The translations under genes were made by a program, and so were the position numbers. A stretch of 52,907 nt of DNA, filler included, from Sphacelaria rigidula (taxonomy: Eukaryota): the NCBI GenBank assembly GCA_964200075.2. It is 3 parts of 3 records of this genome, joined end to end, with 100 filler letters (N's around TTAATTAATTAA, not from the genome) between each part and the next. Parts side by side here need not be neighbours in the genome. Positions count along the whole stretch, not along the records: positions 1 to 17,578 come from CAXNAA020001039.1; positions 17,679 to 35,243 come from CAXNAA020001040.1; 1 more part is not named here. One strand, given 5' to 3'. Of the stretch, positions 10,278 to 21,834 are shown in pieces. The notes beneath the pieces were generated by a model. The model was given only the letters and a program-made list of their open reading frames with translations. It ran no database searches and was not told the DNA's origin. Within the stretch, counting starts at the first letter, position 1, and the number at the start of each line of letters is the position of its first letter.

Positions 10278-12273
10278 CCCTTTTTTTTCCAGTTCAGCAT
10301 ACTTCTGTGGTTTTCCATGCTAAGCTTAAAAGCACAATTCTAAAAATTAAGCTAAAATAATAAGATAGGGCCTGAGAGCAACGTTCATATCTCCTCAAAA
10401 CTCCCCTAAAAGTACGGAAAATAATATAAAAAATCGAAAGAAAGGTAACAGGCTTTGTTTTTCTTCTGGTTTTATTTAGGGGCTAGCGGCTCTCTAAACC
10501 ATATTTCATAGCACAACTCTCAAAAACTGAGACGCGATATCAAGATTTAGGGCATCCAGTGCCTCTGCTCGTAATATATTGACTTTAGTATAGAAGATTA
10601 TGTGCGCCATATCTCGAGATAGATTACGAATCTAGTGAAGGTGAGGGTATCTATCGTCCCCCCGTGCTCCAGGAAAGGTCCACACCAAAAGTCGTCATCA
10701 TCCGCTGAATGTATCGTTCGGGGTTTCATATAGATTTTAGGGTGGACGCTATCTCCATACGGTATAGGAATTACGAAAAATGGAGTTTAATCAACGAGAA
10801 AATATTGGCCCAAACTTTCGAGAAGACATCTTCCCCTTGATTAGACGATTGATACGATATGCGGGTCACGGCCCAACTCGTCTGTGTCAATGAGATGTTG
10901 CCTTGTCTTTTTTAGGCCGACCCAGCTCGTACGGAATTTCGAATTCGATTATTGAGCTCTGAACCTCGAATCATGAATGTAGTCGCGTGAAGAATACAAA
11001 GTACGGTTCCGTGTTGCACTTAACTAAGGGTTGTGCTCATCATAGCTGAAGATAGTGAAGGCAGTCATGGCCAGTAATTGATTGTTACACAAACAGTAGC
11101 TGAGTATCAATTGCTGAGCAACGTACAGTGTCACAACGGTGTGATGTAGTCTTGTATCGTCCCTGTAAAGTTCTCGGAACAGATTATGAAAATAAGCACA
11201 ATTGCGGAACACCCATTGATTGAAATGGAAAAAATAGGTGATTGGGCAGTATAGCCACATGCAAGTAGGAATCCCTCAAAAGTAATGGAGAATTATTATT
11301 TTTGTGGAAAGTAGTCCAACTGTGATTGAATATGACTGTCGGATATTCAGTTCGAGGTAGGAAAGTAACAAAGACTGGTATTTGCGAATATAGCAAGTGA
11401 CTGAAACTTGATCCTGGTCGGATATTTGTACTGAGAATATTCTGAGACTTTTCATGAGGTTGTAATGTACCGAGTAATGAGCGGGAGATATATATTTGTT
11501 TTGCTTTGAACAGCTTTTGGGTACGCCCACCTTCGGCATTCTCCCTCTTTACCATCTTCTGCCCTTTTCTTCAAATCTCTGTGCGTGCTGTTTGTATTGG
11601 CCGAAAAGCGCCACCTTTAAAACCAATCTGTGTCTTTGCTTCCAGTGTGCATTACAGCATGCTGTGCGCCTCTGAGGAATTGTTGGAGTCCATGTCACAT
11701 ACAGTACTGTAAGCCCGCTCACTCAAGAGTTTGACCTTTGAAGTTTCTATTTCCAAACCTTCAAGTTTGGTTTTAATTTTCGTTCTTTGATCTTGGTGCT
11801 CGATTTTTGATTTTGGGTTTGGATTTCTGACTTTAAATGTGTGACGTTTGATATTGTTATTTCGATTGTCAATTGTTTCATCATAATCCTGCATCTTTCA
11901 GTCTTCATTCCTCATTTTGCGTTTGTAATGAGGGGTGGTATATTTTTCAGTTTAACCCCGCCGCCGCCCAACACCACCATCCCCTTTTTTGGCCTTACAC
12001 CCAACAGGTTTCCTGTAAATTGATAAATCTTGTACGGATTTTTCTCAGTGAAGGTGCCCTTTTTTCCGTGTAAGGTGATTTTTCTAGCGTTCCTGTCTTG
12101 ATCTTTTGGTTTATGGGCACGGGTGATAGTCCCCCTACACTCGGTGACCACGGGTTGGGGACATCGAGCTGATGTGGAGGTAATAAGAGTAACAATGATA
12201 TGTATCCCCACGTCTACTTCCACTATTGCTACTACTTCCAATATTGATAATGATGATACTAATAATAAAAATG

Positions 12274-12550
12274 CACACCCTGGACAACACAACACGCTTC
12301 CAATATATTAGTCGATCATATTCGAATATTGCGATATATTGCCGGCGGAATATATATTGGTACCCTTGGACTGCACACGTGTTGCCCGCCCAATATACTG
12401 GTACCCCTCGACCGCAAAAATATTGCCCACCAATATATATATATATATTGGTACCGTGGGATTGCAAACATATTGTCCTTTCAATATATATATACAAGGT
12501 CCCTTGCCGGCCTTCGGCCGGTGGCGGTCCCTTTTTTAGCGGGTCACGCC
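12274..12550 (+). mobile_element. End of a CACACCCTGGACA-terminal element with caatatat-rich repeats and a GC hairpin
   Basis: Starts cacaccctggaca; shares atattgtcctttcaatatatat with ~15652; hairpin ccggcc-ttc-ggccgg at 12507-12521. Confidence 0.6.
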
Positions 12551-13832
12551 TGACGCGTTAACAACAGCCAAGCCCTCGTGTCTCGTTGTATAGTAAGGAG
12601 TTTGAGAAGGGAAATGTGTGTTACGGGTGGTGGCGGTTATAGGGACGGAAGCACCATCATGTTTTTGTAATAGAGTTTCCGTGTTGCCGTTGTCAGATCG
12701 ATCATATTCTACTCTTCCTGTTTTGTCATGATGATCCGTGTCTTGGTTGGGAGAGGGTGTAGGAATGTGTCGTCGAAAATAAAATGTTGGGGATGCGTGT
12801 TTCATTAGAAGAAACATGTTGAAGGGTGTGGAGAGGGTAACACAATCCGGGAAGAAAGAATCGATTGCCCACCTCAAGAAGGTGTAGCGTTGAACATATT
12901 AAGAGAGAGAACGACAGTACATAATCGAAGGAAAACAATCGCAATAGTAGATGGCTATAAAGGAATGCCCTCTCAAGCTTACATAGTCGCAACACGCGCC
13001 GTCCTCGTACGTCGAGTGAGAAGCGACAACTTACACATTTATCCCCCCGAGTTCGGTAAATTACGCTCGCCGTTCACTAGTTTGACCTAGAAGTCATTGT
13101 TAACACAACAAAACATCAATAGAGCGCGAGTGACCGACGAAAGAAATGGGGAGTTGCGTTGACGTGTATAAATTTACAAGCAGACCGCTCTCAGATGCTG
13201 TTCGACTCTACGGGTACGACAAAGCAACAAAGCGGACTCCTTCGAAAGGAGGATAATCTAAGTAACGCAACTTTTAACTTGAATATTAGAGGTATCTCAA
13301 ACTCGAAATTCTCGTTATCTTTCATAGTAGTTGACAGTCAAATCTATCGGGAAAGTCGACATTAAGATACCTCTACGAAGGGATAATCAGCTATCCAGCG
13401 ATTTTTGCCATCCCGAAAACGGGAGAGGAAGAATATATAAAACATAATTTCTTGAAATATTAGGAATGTTGGGTTTTGGGTTGGGGTTGGGGTTGGATTC
13501 GTATTTTTTCCAAAGGGAACACAATACAAATACATAGATACTATTAATTTATTTTATATAATTCGTTTGTTTGTGGGGAGTGGTTGGGGTTGTTGGTTGA
13601 GGTTGGATTATCATTTTTTTGAAAAAGGGAACACAATATGAGTACGACAACAGAATAGTTGCAGGCAAGCAAGGCAGAAAAAGACAACATCACAATAGCA
13701 CATTATGGAGGAAAATAACCCGGAATTCTAGGAGAGCATTTTTAAAGAGAGAACATAACAGAATAGAATCAAAGGAACACAAAAGAAAAGTACATGCTCG
13801 GATGAGAGCGAATAACGAGAGCAAACTGAAGA

Positions 13833-13938
13833 TTAACCCTTAGACCGCGAACATAGTCCATTTGGACTATGCATACTGTTTTCAAGTGAACTTGATGTCG
13901 ATTCTACAAATGACCTACTCTCGCTGTCCAAGGGTTAA
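13833..13938 (-). mobile_element. piggyBac-like MITE, inverted orientation
   Basis: ttaacccttagac...gtccaagggttaa; its reverse complement aligns by eye with 50993-51101 and 9768-9882. Confidence 0.85.
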
Positions 13939-13980
13939 CAAGGTATAAAAGCAACGATGACCCGTAGCGCTAAGAGTTTT

Positions 13981-14780
13981 CCGGTTTTCCCACGGGGACG
14001 CGCGGGCAACATTTCAACGCGTATCTGCTCTCAGCCACATTCATCACATCTTGAGTGCGTATCAGTTCAGCTCATTCATATATTCAGCGCACACCGAAAT
14101 GATGAAGCGAGCGGTTCCGTTGCGTGCGGGTTCTTACATTTTCCCGTGCGCGTCCCTGCCGACGTAAACCATCTCTGATGTTTCCGCCATGTGGTTGATA
14201 TACGGCCTCACCCGACGGGAAACAAAATGGATCAGCGGAGGTTCAAGCTCACCTTAACATACTGCACCACCAACGGGAAACACGAAACGTGTTCTACCCG
14301 GTTCTGTACTCAGTGTTGTGTTGTGCAAATCATCACCGTACCGTACCATTCTCGGCGTACAGGGCCCGTCCCCTCGTCACGCGGATATCCGCTCTATTTC
14401 GGCGTCCCCTCACGCGCAGGCCCGCTCTATTTCGTTGATGATGAAGGCATATACGGTACGGTGTGACAGACGCGTTGTGATGAAATAGACTTGAACCCAA
14501 CTTGGGGGGCGTGAGGAAGGAGTCAATCTCTAGAGTTTGCCCTCGGATCAGCGCACATCGGAATGATGGAGGGAGCGGTTCAGGGAAGGCACGGGCAGTA
14601 ACGCGCAACGAATCCGCACATTCGACCCCCAGCAGGCACGAGGAATTCACCGTTTTTTCCGCGGGGATGCGCGGGCAGCATTTTAGCGCGTATCTGCTCA
14701 GCCGAATTCATCACACCGTGAGTGCGTATCTCATTCGTATATTCAGCGCACACCGATATGCTGAAGCGAGCGGTCGCGAA
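13981..14780. repeat. Dispersed ~135-bp direct repeat (13981-14117 and 14650-14778, partial at ~14548)
   Basis: cgggga(c/t)gcgcgggca...cgcgtatctgctc...ttcatcaca...gagtgcgtatc...tatattcagcgcacaccga...tgaagcgagcggt in both copies. Confidence 0.75.
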
Positions 14781-15413
14781 CGCAGGTTGTACACCCATAC
14801 ACAAAAGCAGCACGAACCCGCGCACCGGACCCCTAGCATTGGCGTTCGCCCGGATAGTAATCCCTCGACGCGGGCGCGGTGGGATCTGCAAACTCATTCC
14901 AGTGTCACTCGCGTGGACGCCTCCTTACGATAATCGCTGCGCTCTTGTGCGCCCTGAAGATCCCATGTATATACGTATATATATTGGAGCAGTGCGGGCG
15001 ACGGCATACTGTACGACCAACATATATTAGGGTATCATTGGTGAGAACATATTGACCGGTCAATATATATTGGGGCCGCGCGGGTGCCAATGTATCGGCC
15101 GGTCAATATATATATATATATATATAAGATATTATAAGTATGGTGTAGGTTTTGAGAAAGATTCAGATGCGATGGATGCCGGAGCCCGAGCAGACTGGGA
15201 AAGGCTTGAAAGGAAGCCGCAGAAGTTTGCGTGCATGGCTACGGAGAGTTCTCAAATGAGTTCGATATAAATATATCAGCCGAAGAATATGGTGACAGAA
15301 GAGGCGAGCCGACATATATGCCTTCTGATATCTATCTGGCCACCGGTGCGGTGCCGCCCCTTCCCTTCACAGTATGTGATATATCTTGGCTAAACAGTAC
15401 GACGGCAGAAAAT

Positions 15414-15550
15414 CACACCCTGGACAATAGATTCTATTGCAAAACAATTTACTGCGTACAGTATGAAATCTATTATCTATTGCAGTAGGCGCAACAGTCG
15501 ATACTGTACTCAGTGCACTTTTTACAGTGTATTCTCTTGTCCAGGGTATG
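15414..15550 (+). mobile_element. MITE with CA(C/T)ACCCTGGACAA terminal inverted repeats
   Basis: cacaccctggacaatag...cttgtccagggtatg; reverse-complement copy at 32266-32403. Confidence 0.85.
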
Positions 15551-15588
15551 CCTTTTGGTACCCCCCTGGTCACCGGTGTTGTGTAGCT

Positions 15589-15800
15589 TATACCCTGGAC
15601 ATACAATATGTTCCAATATGATACCAATACTTCGTATTGAAGACAGAGCAAATATTGTCCTTTCAATATATATTGTGTTGAGATGTCCTCGGAGACATTG
15701 AAACAACAATATGTCTTTCGCGTCGACATATTGAGCGGGCAATATATATTACATACAAGCCCCTCCTTCGGGAGGTTGGTACGGGCCTCCCGGAGGTGAC
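15589..15800 (+). mobile_element. End of a related (T/C)ACCCTGGACA element with caatatat repeats and a TTCG hairpin
   Basis: Starts tataccctggaca; shares motifs with 12274-12550; cctcc-ttcg-ggagg at 15762-15775. Confidence 0.55.
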
Positions 15801-16242
15801 GCAAGTCGAAAATATATGGTCAGGAGAGGCTGTTGGTGTGCGATGCCGTGCCCAATTTGTGGTACTTTTGGCCGAAGCTTCACCAGGATGTCCTTGACGC
15901 GAGTGCCCGTATGTGTTGGAGCGTTGTCATCGTTTCCATCAATTTGTAAGGAAGGTATGGCATTTCTCCTGCTTTTGCTGAAACTTCAACTCGCTCGAAC
16001 TTCCTGTTTGTTCTTGTTTTTCCTCTGCTTTCCCAATACGGTTGCGAATGTTGATAATAAATTTTTTCGTGTCAAAATTTGAGCGCCTAACTCTTCGAAT
16101 TACCAATGTCATCTCCACTTTTCGTTGAAAAATCACTGTCAGCTGGCCCAGCTCGTAGCAGTTCATATTGCTAATACATCTACATGTGGTGTAGCCCTGT
16201 ATGCAGGACCATATCTGGTGCACCTGTTTACATTCTGTGAGC

Positions 16243-16693
16243 TTGATGGCATCGTGTGCGTTGGCTTTGAGCTTGGGAGTAAACATTGCTCTGTGGTTCC
16301 CAAGGCGCACATGCAGGTCAACAAATCTCCTAGAGCAGTCTAGTCGACACCCTATTGATGGCATCGTGTGCGTTAGCTTTGAGCTCGGAGCGTGAACATA
16401 GCTCCGTGGCTTCTTAGGTACGCAGACAGGTCAACAAATCTCCTAGAGCAGTCTAGTCGACACCCTATTGATGGCATCGTGTGCGTTAGCTTTGAGCTCG
16501 GAGCGTGAACATAGCTCTGTGGCTCCTAAGGTACACATACAGTTCAACACAGTCTCCTAGAGCAGTCTAGTCGACACCCTATTGATGGCATCGTGTGCGT
16601 TAGCTTTGAGCTCGGAGCGTGAACATAGCTCCGTGGCTCTTAAGGTACACAGACAGTTCAACAAAATCTCCTAGAGCAGTCTAGCGGACACCC
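16243..16693. repeat. ~114-bp tandem repeat, about 4 units
   Basis: tcctagagcagtctag recurs at 16328, 16441, 16555 and 16669; units are nearly identical. Confidence 0.9.
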
Positions 16694-17258
16694 GAGGAAC
16701 TTTCCCCGTGGTTGGAACTCTGGACCCAAACTACGCAGATATGACGGTGTCAGAGGCTTCACGTCAAACCTAAATAATCAGGGATCTCAGATCATTCGAC
16801 TTGTGTTTGCTGCTGACTGAGGTCAAGGCACCGTTCACTTGTTTTCAACTGCTTTCCTCTCATGTTCTCGTGACATTCGCTGCATGACCGCTGTCTTCAT
16901 GCTCCCAAATCCACGAGAAGTCACTGTGTAAAAATACTTCGCCAAAATTTATCCTGTTCGAACGACGATCTTCAACAGGCTTTCGTGGTTTGGGTTCCTG
17001 TTTGAAGTTTTCCATGATCTTCAAGAGGCTTTTGTGGTTCGGGATCGACACCCCGCAAGAAAGAGCCAGTTTGAGCGACTTTCGGTGGCGAGAACACGCG
17101 CCACAGGTATCAGATGACACCCAAACCTGAACGGTAATATACCGCTGCGCCTTCTTCGTGCACTGCAAGAAAAAGCGCGGGATAAGATGTGTTGCTGCCA
17201 GAGAAAACTCGGCAAAATAAGTGAAAAATACCAAATGATACATGTACATATATATATT

Positions 17259-17578
17259 GTTGTAACCTCGAAAGCTTCTCACGGTTGGGTCGTGGGTTCA
17301 ACTTTGGAGCGATCTGGGATTTGTTTCTCACACAACGCCCAACAGTGGAGAGCGACTATGTCGTGGGTACACAAAATTCGACTTAGCGGTCGACGAGGGC
17401 AAGGGACTGCTAAACTCCTCTCGCGATGAAAAATAAAGGTAAGCACCGCAGAAGGAAGGTAGGGTACTCAAAACAAATGAAAAAAGAAAAAGCTCATGTT
17501 TTGACCTTCCTCCTGTGTGACCCCGGCTGATGCGCCCACATATACCGAAAAGGTGTAGACCGGCGCCCAGAATAGATG
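17259..17578 (+). mobile_element. tRNA-derived SINE copy 2 (A-box lost; runs into the gap)
   Basis: gtaacctcgaaa...cggttgggtcgtgggttc...cccaacagtg.agagcgactatgtcgt.ggtacacaaa...gaccttcctcctgtgtgac is colinear with 8332-8675. Confidence 0.85.
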
Positions 17579-17678
17579 NNNNNNNNNNNNNNNNNNNNNN
17601 NNNNNNNNNNNNNNNNNNNNNNTTAATTAATTAANNNNNNNNNNNNNNNNNNNNNNNNNNNNNNNNNNNNNNNNNNNN
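17579..17678. other. Assembly gap with artificial TTAATTAATTAA linker
   Basis: N run, ttaattaattaa, N run; identical structure at 35244-35343. Confidence 0.95.
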
Positions 17679-18017
17679 GTTGTGCTCGACTTTTCCCATT
17701 TCGATTTACGTGAAGATTTCGCGTCCCAAAACCATGAACTCTTGGGGGGGGGGGGCTATCGTAGAAAGTGTCGTGTGCAGGTAAATATTTCGGCGATTGT
17801 TTCACCTGCAGTTCACCCTTATGTTGTGGAGTTTTTCCACGATATCACTGGGTAACATTACATACATTTACATGTGGAGAAGGGCCAGACCCTCCGTTAC
17901 ATTATAAGTCGAGATGTACCAGATCCTTCATTATGTATGGAAATGTACCCAGCCGTGGACGAACGATTTTTACAGTCAGTACAAACACGTTGTTGAAAGT
18001 GTACTGCGCAAAGTCAA

Positions 18018-18096
18018 TGTGTTGTGTGTGTTGTCGTCCCATCTACTCTGGACGCCGGTCTCCGCCTTTCGGTATATGTGGGCGCACCAGCCGTGG
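18018..18096 (-). mobile_element. 3' fragment of the SINE family
   Basis: Minus strand reads cggctggtgcgcccacatataccgaaaggcggagaccggcgtccagagtagatgggacgacaacacacacaacac. Confidence 0.8.
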
Positions 18097-21000
18097 CTGT
18101 GTTACCATACAGCTTCGCTCAAGATACAGGCAGCCATTACAGCGGCGGAGGCAGCCTTTCACCCCTGCGTGCGCCACCTGGGGCAAACGCACGCTGTAGC
18201 TGCAACACGGGCAGCTTTACAAAATGTGAAGTAGCGATATACTGTAGCGCGTAGCAAGGGGTAATATCCCGCGTACACGTTGGCCGCGATACAAGCGGCT
18301 GCGTTCATGATGTGGCGGACTGCATACGACAACGCGAAATTAATGCAGGACAGGAATAGGCTCAGGGTGTCACGTCCTGCGGTGTACTTTGTCACCCTGC
18401 ACCCTGCCGCTGTGCAGTGAGCAGGTAGTACCGCCACAGGCGTCACGCTGCGGTTGGTACGCAATGTCGGCTCCACACCCATAGGGTAACCTCTGTATTG
18501 GATTAAATAAAACGCATTGACTTGAATTACACGGGCGGAGCGTGATATTTTCGAGCAGCACGCACGCTAGCGCGAGCGAGATTTTCCGTGTTGCCGACGT
18601 CGTGACAGTGCGCTGTGCACTATAGCGTTGTACTCCCCTGTGGCAGGCCGTCACGGTATTGCTCCTCATGTTCCATCACGCTTTATTCGAAAACACGCAG
18701 AAAAGATACCAGCGAGTCCGTCGTCGTTGTTTTTTCGATCGAGTACTGCCACATGCTCCGTGCTGTACCAAATAGTATACCCCACCACTGAAGAAACGGA
18801 TCTGCATGATATAGAGGTCACCGTCATGCTCTGGTTATCATGAACTGTGTACGAGGCGCGGGAAGCGTAGTTTTTGGCAAGGAATGCAAGGACGCAACCA
18901 TACTGTAATACAGGAAGTTTTGATTATTAGCATGCAACACGTGATTCGAACGAGACACGAGACAAGGTATTTACATTATAATACCTGGGCGTTTCGGTAT
19001 TGACACGAGTCCACCAGTCTCTCCACTACCTACCGTAAGGAGACAGATACCACGTGAAAATACAAAATAAGTTACGGGCAGATCTTCATTTTAGAGTAGA
19101 AGGGCCCAGCCGAGACAACTCGGGTTTCACCGCCGAATCCGAGACCGCAACGTCACAAACATCGAAATAATTTGAAATTGGAAGCGCCCTGAACACAGGG
19201 CAGTCTAGTATGTTGAGTTCTTCCTACCGTCGGCAACGGTTACCGAGGGTACCGGAGATTCGTCTGTACAGAGATGAGAGTTTCGGGCCACTCAAGAATG
19301 TCACTGTTGTTGAACCTGCTCCTGTAACACCGTCTCCATGTCACAGGTGCATACAAGTCATCACCCTGCACACACAACTAGGATTGCTTCCACAGGTTCG
19401 GCCAACATAGTGAAGATACGCCCCCTGTAGAGACCATGATTTCTGCGCACATCACTTTCAGACGACTGTTCGCGTGTACTCAAGGCATTTGGGTGCCTTT
19501 TCAGGCGCCAGAGGGAGATTTTGGGAAGTTGTTGAAATGAAGCAAGAGTTTTCCGCGCAAGCTCGATGCCCTGGACAATGTTGTCCATCAGCAATTAATG
19601 TGTGCACAGTACTTCAATTTAGATCAATCTTGATCATGCGATCGCTTGATTTGCGCTCAAGACACTCGACGAAACAAGCCAAGGCTCCCCTACTCTCGCC
19701 CACGATTCATGACGAAAAACTGTAAAACCTTAAACAAACGTACCCAATGTTTCCACCTCTTGTGTATCCCAGCCCCCACTCTTTGCACAGCTGCCTCACT
19801 CTTTCCTCATACGAAATCAGTACATTCAAACAGGTGGTCGAAAGCGAAGCGGCTCAATCATGGTAACTAGCACACGAAGATCGCCCCTTGATAATTAACA
19901 AGAGCGAAAAAGTAAACTGCACAATGAAAAAAACGAAAAAACAAATCTAGCTTACACCTTAATCGGCAAAAGCAGAGACACGCACGCCACCTATTTCTAC
20001 TCCTTTCCACCTCCCGCGCTTGGTTGAGGTTAACAAGGAGGAGTAGAAAAAAACATTTGCAAGAGTAGACAAAACACATACGCGGGTGCGTACACACAGG
20101 ATCTCGACCGTCTGCTGCCTATTTCTACTCCCTCCGACCTCACGCGCTTCGTCAGAGAGACGGGAGCAGAAACAGAACACGTACACGAATCACCCGTTCG
20201 CTGCTCGTTTGCCCGCGCCTGCCCAACGAAAACAGCGAACGACCCAACCTTTAGTGTGAGAACAAGTATCATGAGACATGGAGAAACCGCGATTATTCAT
20301 CACTCTTCTCAGTATTTTGATACCCACGGAACAGAAATGAACCACCCTTCCGCTTCCGAGCGGGTGTGGAGACCATGACATTTTGCTGGAGATCAAAGGT
20401 GCATCCACCACCATACCCCATCACCGTGCAGTGCCAACGGGAGGTACTACAGAATGTAACCGTCGCCGACACCACCACCAACAACACCACCACCACCAGT
20501 TGTTGAGACACGTATCATTTGCTCGAGCTCTACCCTTGTATCTTATTTTCTCGTTCTTTTTAGTTCCATTAGTGGACATTCGAAGTTCCCAGTTCAATGA
20601 AAACCTGACGAAGTTCCTTCTTTTTTTCTTTCCGTCGTACAAATTTTCTCACTTAGTCATGCTCGGGTGTAAAGGTGAAGGCCCAATCCAGGTGTGACGG
20701 CTAATGATCTCTACTGCAGAAAAAAAACATAACTGGATCCATAGGCATGGACAACAGTGAGGTCATTCTACCGATGGATAGCATATCGCCACAACTTTCA
20801 AGAGTGTGCCTCCGGGAAAAAAACAGCCGAAAACGGCCAAAATAAATGCATCAATCGACACCAAACGATTTCAGCTACTTCGCAGCTGGGCATTCCTCCT
20901 GAAGCGCCAGGTAGTCATCAAATAACAATCGTACTCCATCACATAATAATCGTACATCATAACATCATCCCCCGCAGCATGACAAGCGAAAATCAATAAT

Positions 21001-21645
21001 TTTCCGCCAATGAGATACATCCTCTGCAAGAAATCCAGCCAATGGAAAACGACAGCTATATTTCCTGTCCACCTCTGCCTACTCGTGATGAATGATGGCG
21101 CGGATACGGTCCACCCGGACCTGCGCCAATAGTCTCCCAGCGAATAGCCATCCCAACCGATGCACGTAGACCCTTTTGAGCACAAAACGACGCAAAGTGT
21201 TCGTATGAAAACCAGAGAGTATATCCTACCCCTCTCCGCTGCCTTACATGGGCATCGAATAGGACAAAAAGTTTGTTAAGGTTCTTTGAAGTTGAAAATA
21301 TGTGCGTTTGCGGGTGCACACGCAGCCCGTAAGACCGCAGTCTCGCAAGGCAAGATAGTCTGCCTCCTCCCTGCATTTCTTCCGTATAAATCTTCCAGCC
21401 GCATAGCGTCCGTATCGAGCTCAACATCGCCACAGAAACCCCCTCTTCTCTCGTTATACGCTGCGATACGGAAAAAACGCCTCCTCCCACAAAAGCACGA
21501 CATTGCCAAGCGAGGCCAATGTAAGTGACGCCACAACATCCACCATCAGTACCGAACCGACAACAACAAGCACTCCTTGCAACAATAAAATCTGAAACCC
21601 AGACACAACTACACACACACGGCGCCACCGAACCACCACATCGCA

Positions 21646-21834
21646 TCACTGCGATGATCCTGTCTTGAGAGTGCGCAGGCGAGACCCACGCCACCGCATA
21701 CCCTCCGCGGAGGCATTCGGTAGACCGACGCAACCGCCCGCCGCCATAGATCCGGAATGGGGTGGGTACTGGTGTCGGCCCACGCCAGTCCCTACTCCAG
21801 GTAGACCGGCGTGGTGGCGTCTCGCCTTCCACAC
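21646..21834 (-). CDS. Last exon: end of the SANT domain (VWKARR) to the stop codon
   Basis: Acceptor cctcag|GTG TGG AAG continues ...YYYCIWKFAPQYQ in phase 0; ends at TGA. Confidence 0.75.
   Translation of the reverse strand: MWKARRHHAGLPGVGTGVGRHQYPPHSGSMAAGGCVGLPNASAEGMRWRGSRLRTLKTGSSQ

Noticed and set aside
13468-13610. TTGGGG-like runs as interstitial telomere
   Set aside because: Only a few degenerate units in low-complexity sequence.
17623-17634. TTAATTAATTAA palindrome (also 35288-35299)
   Set aside because: Sits in the middle of N runs in identical form twice, so it is a scaffolding linker.
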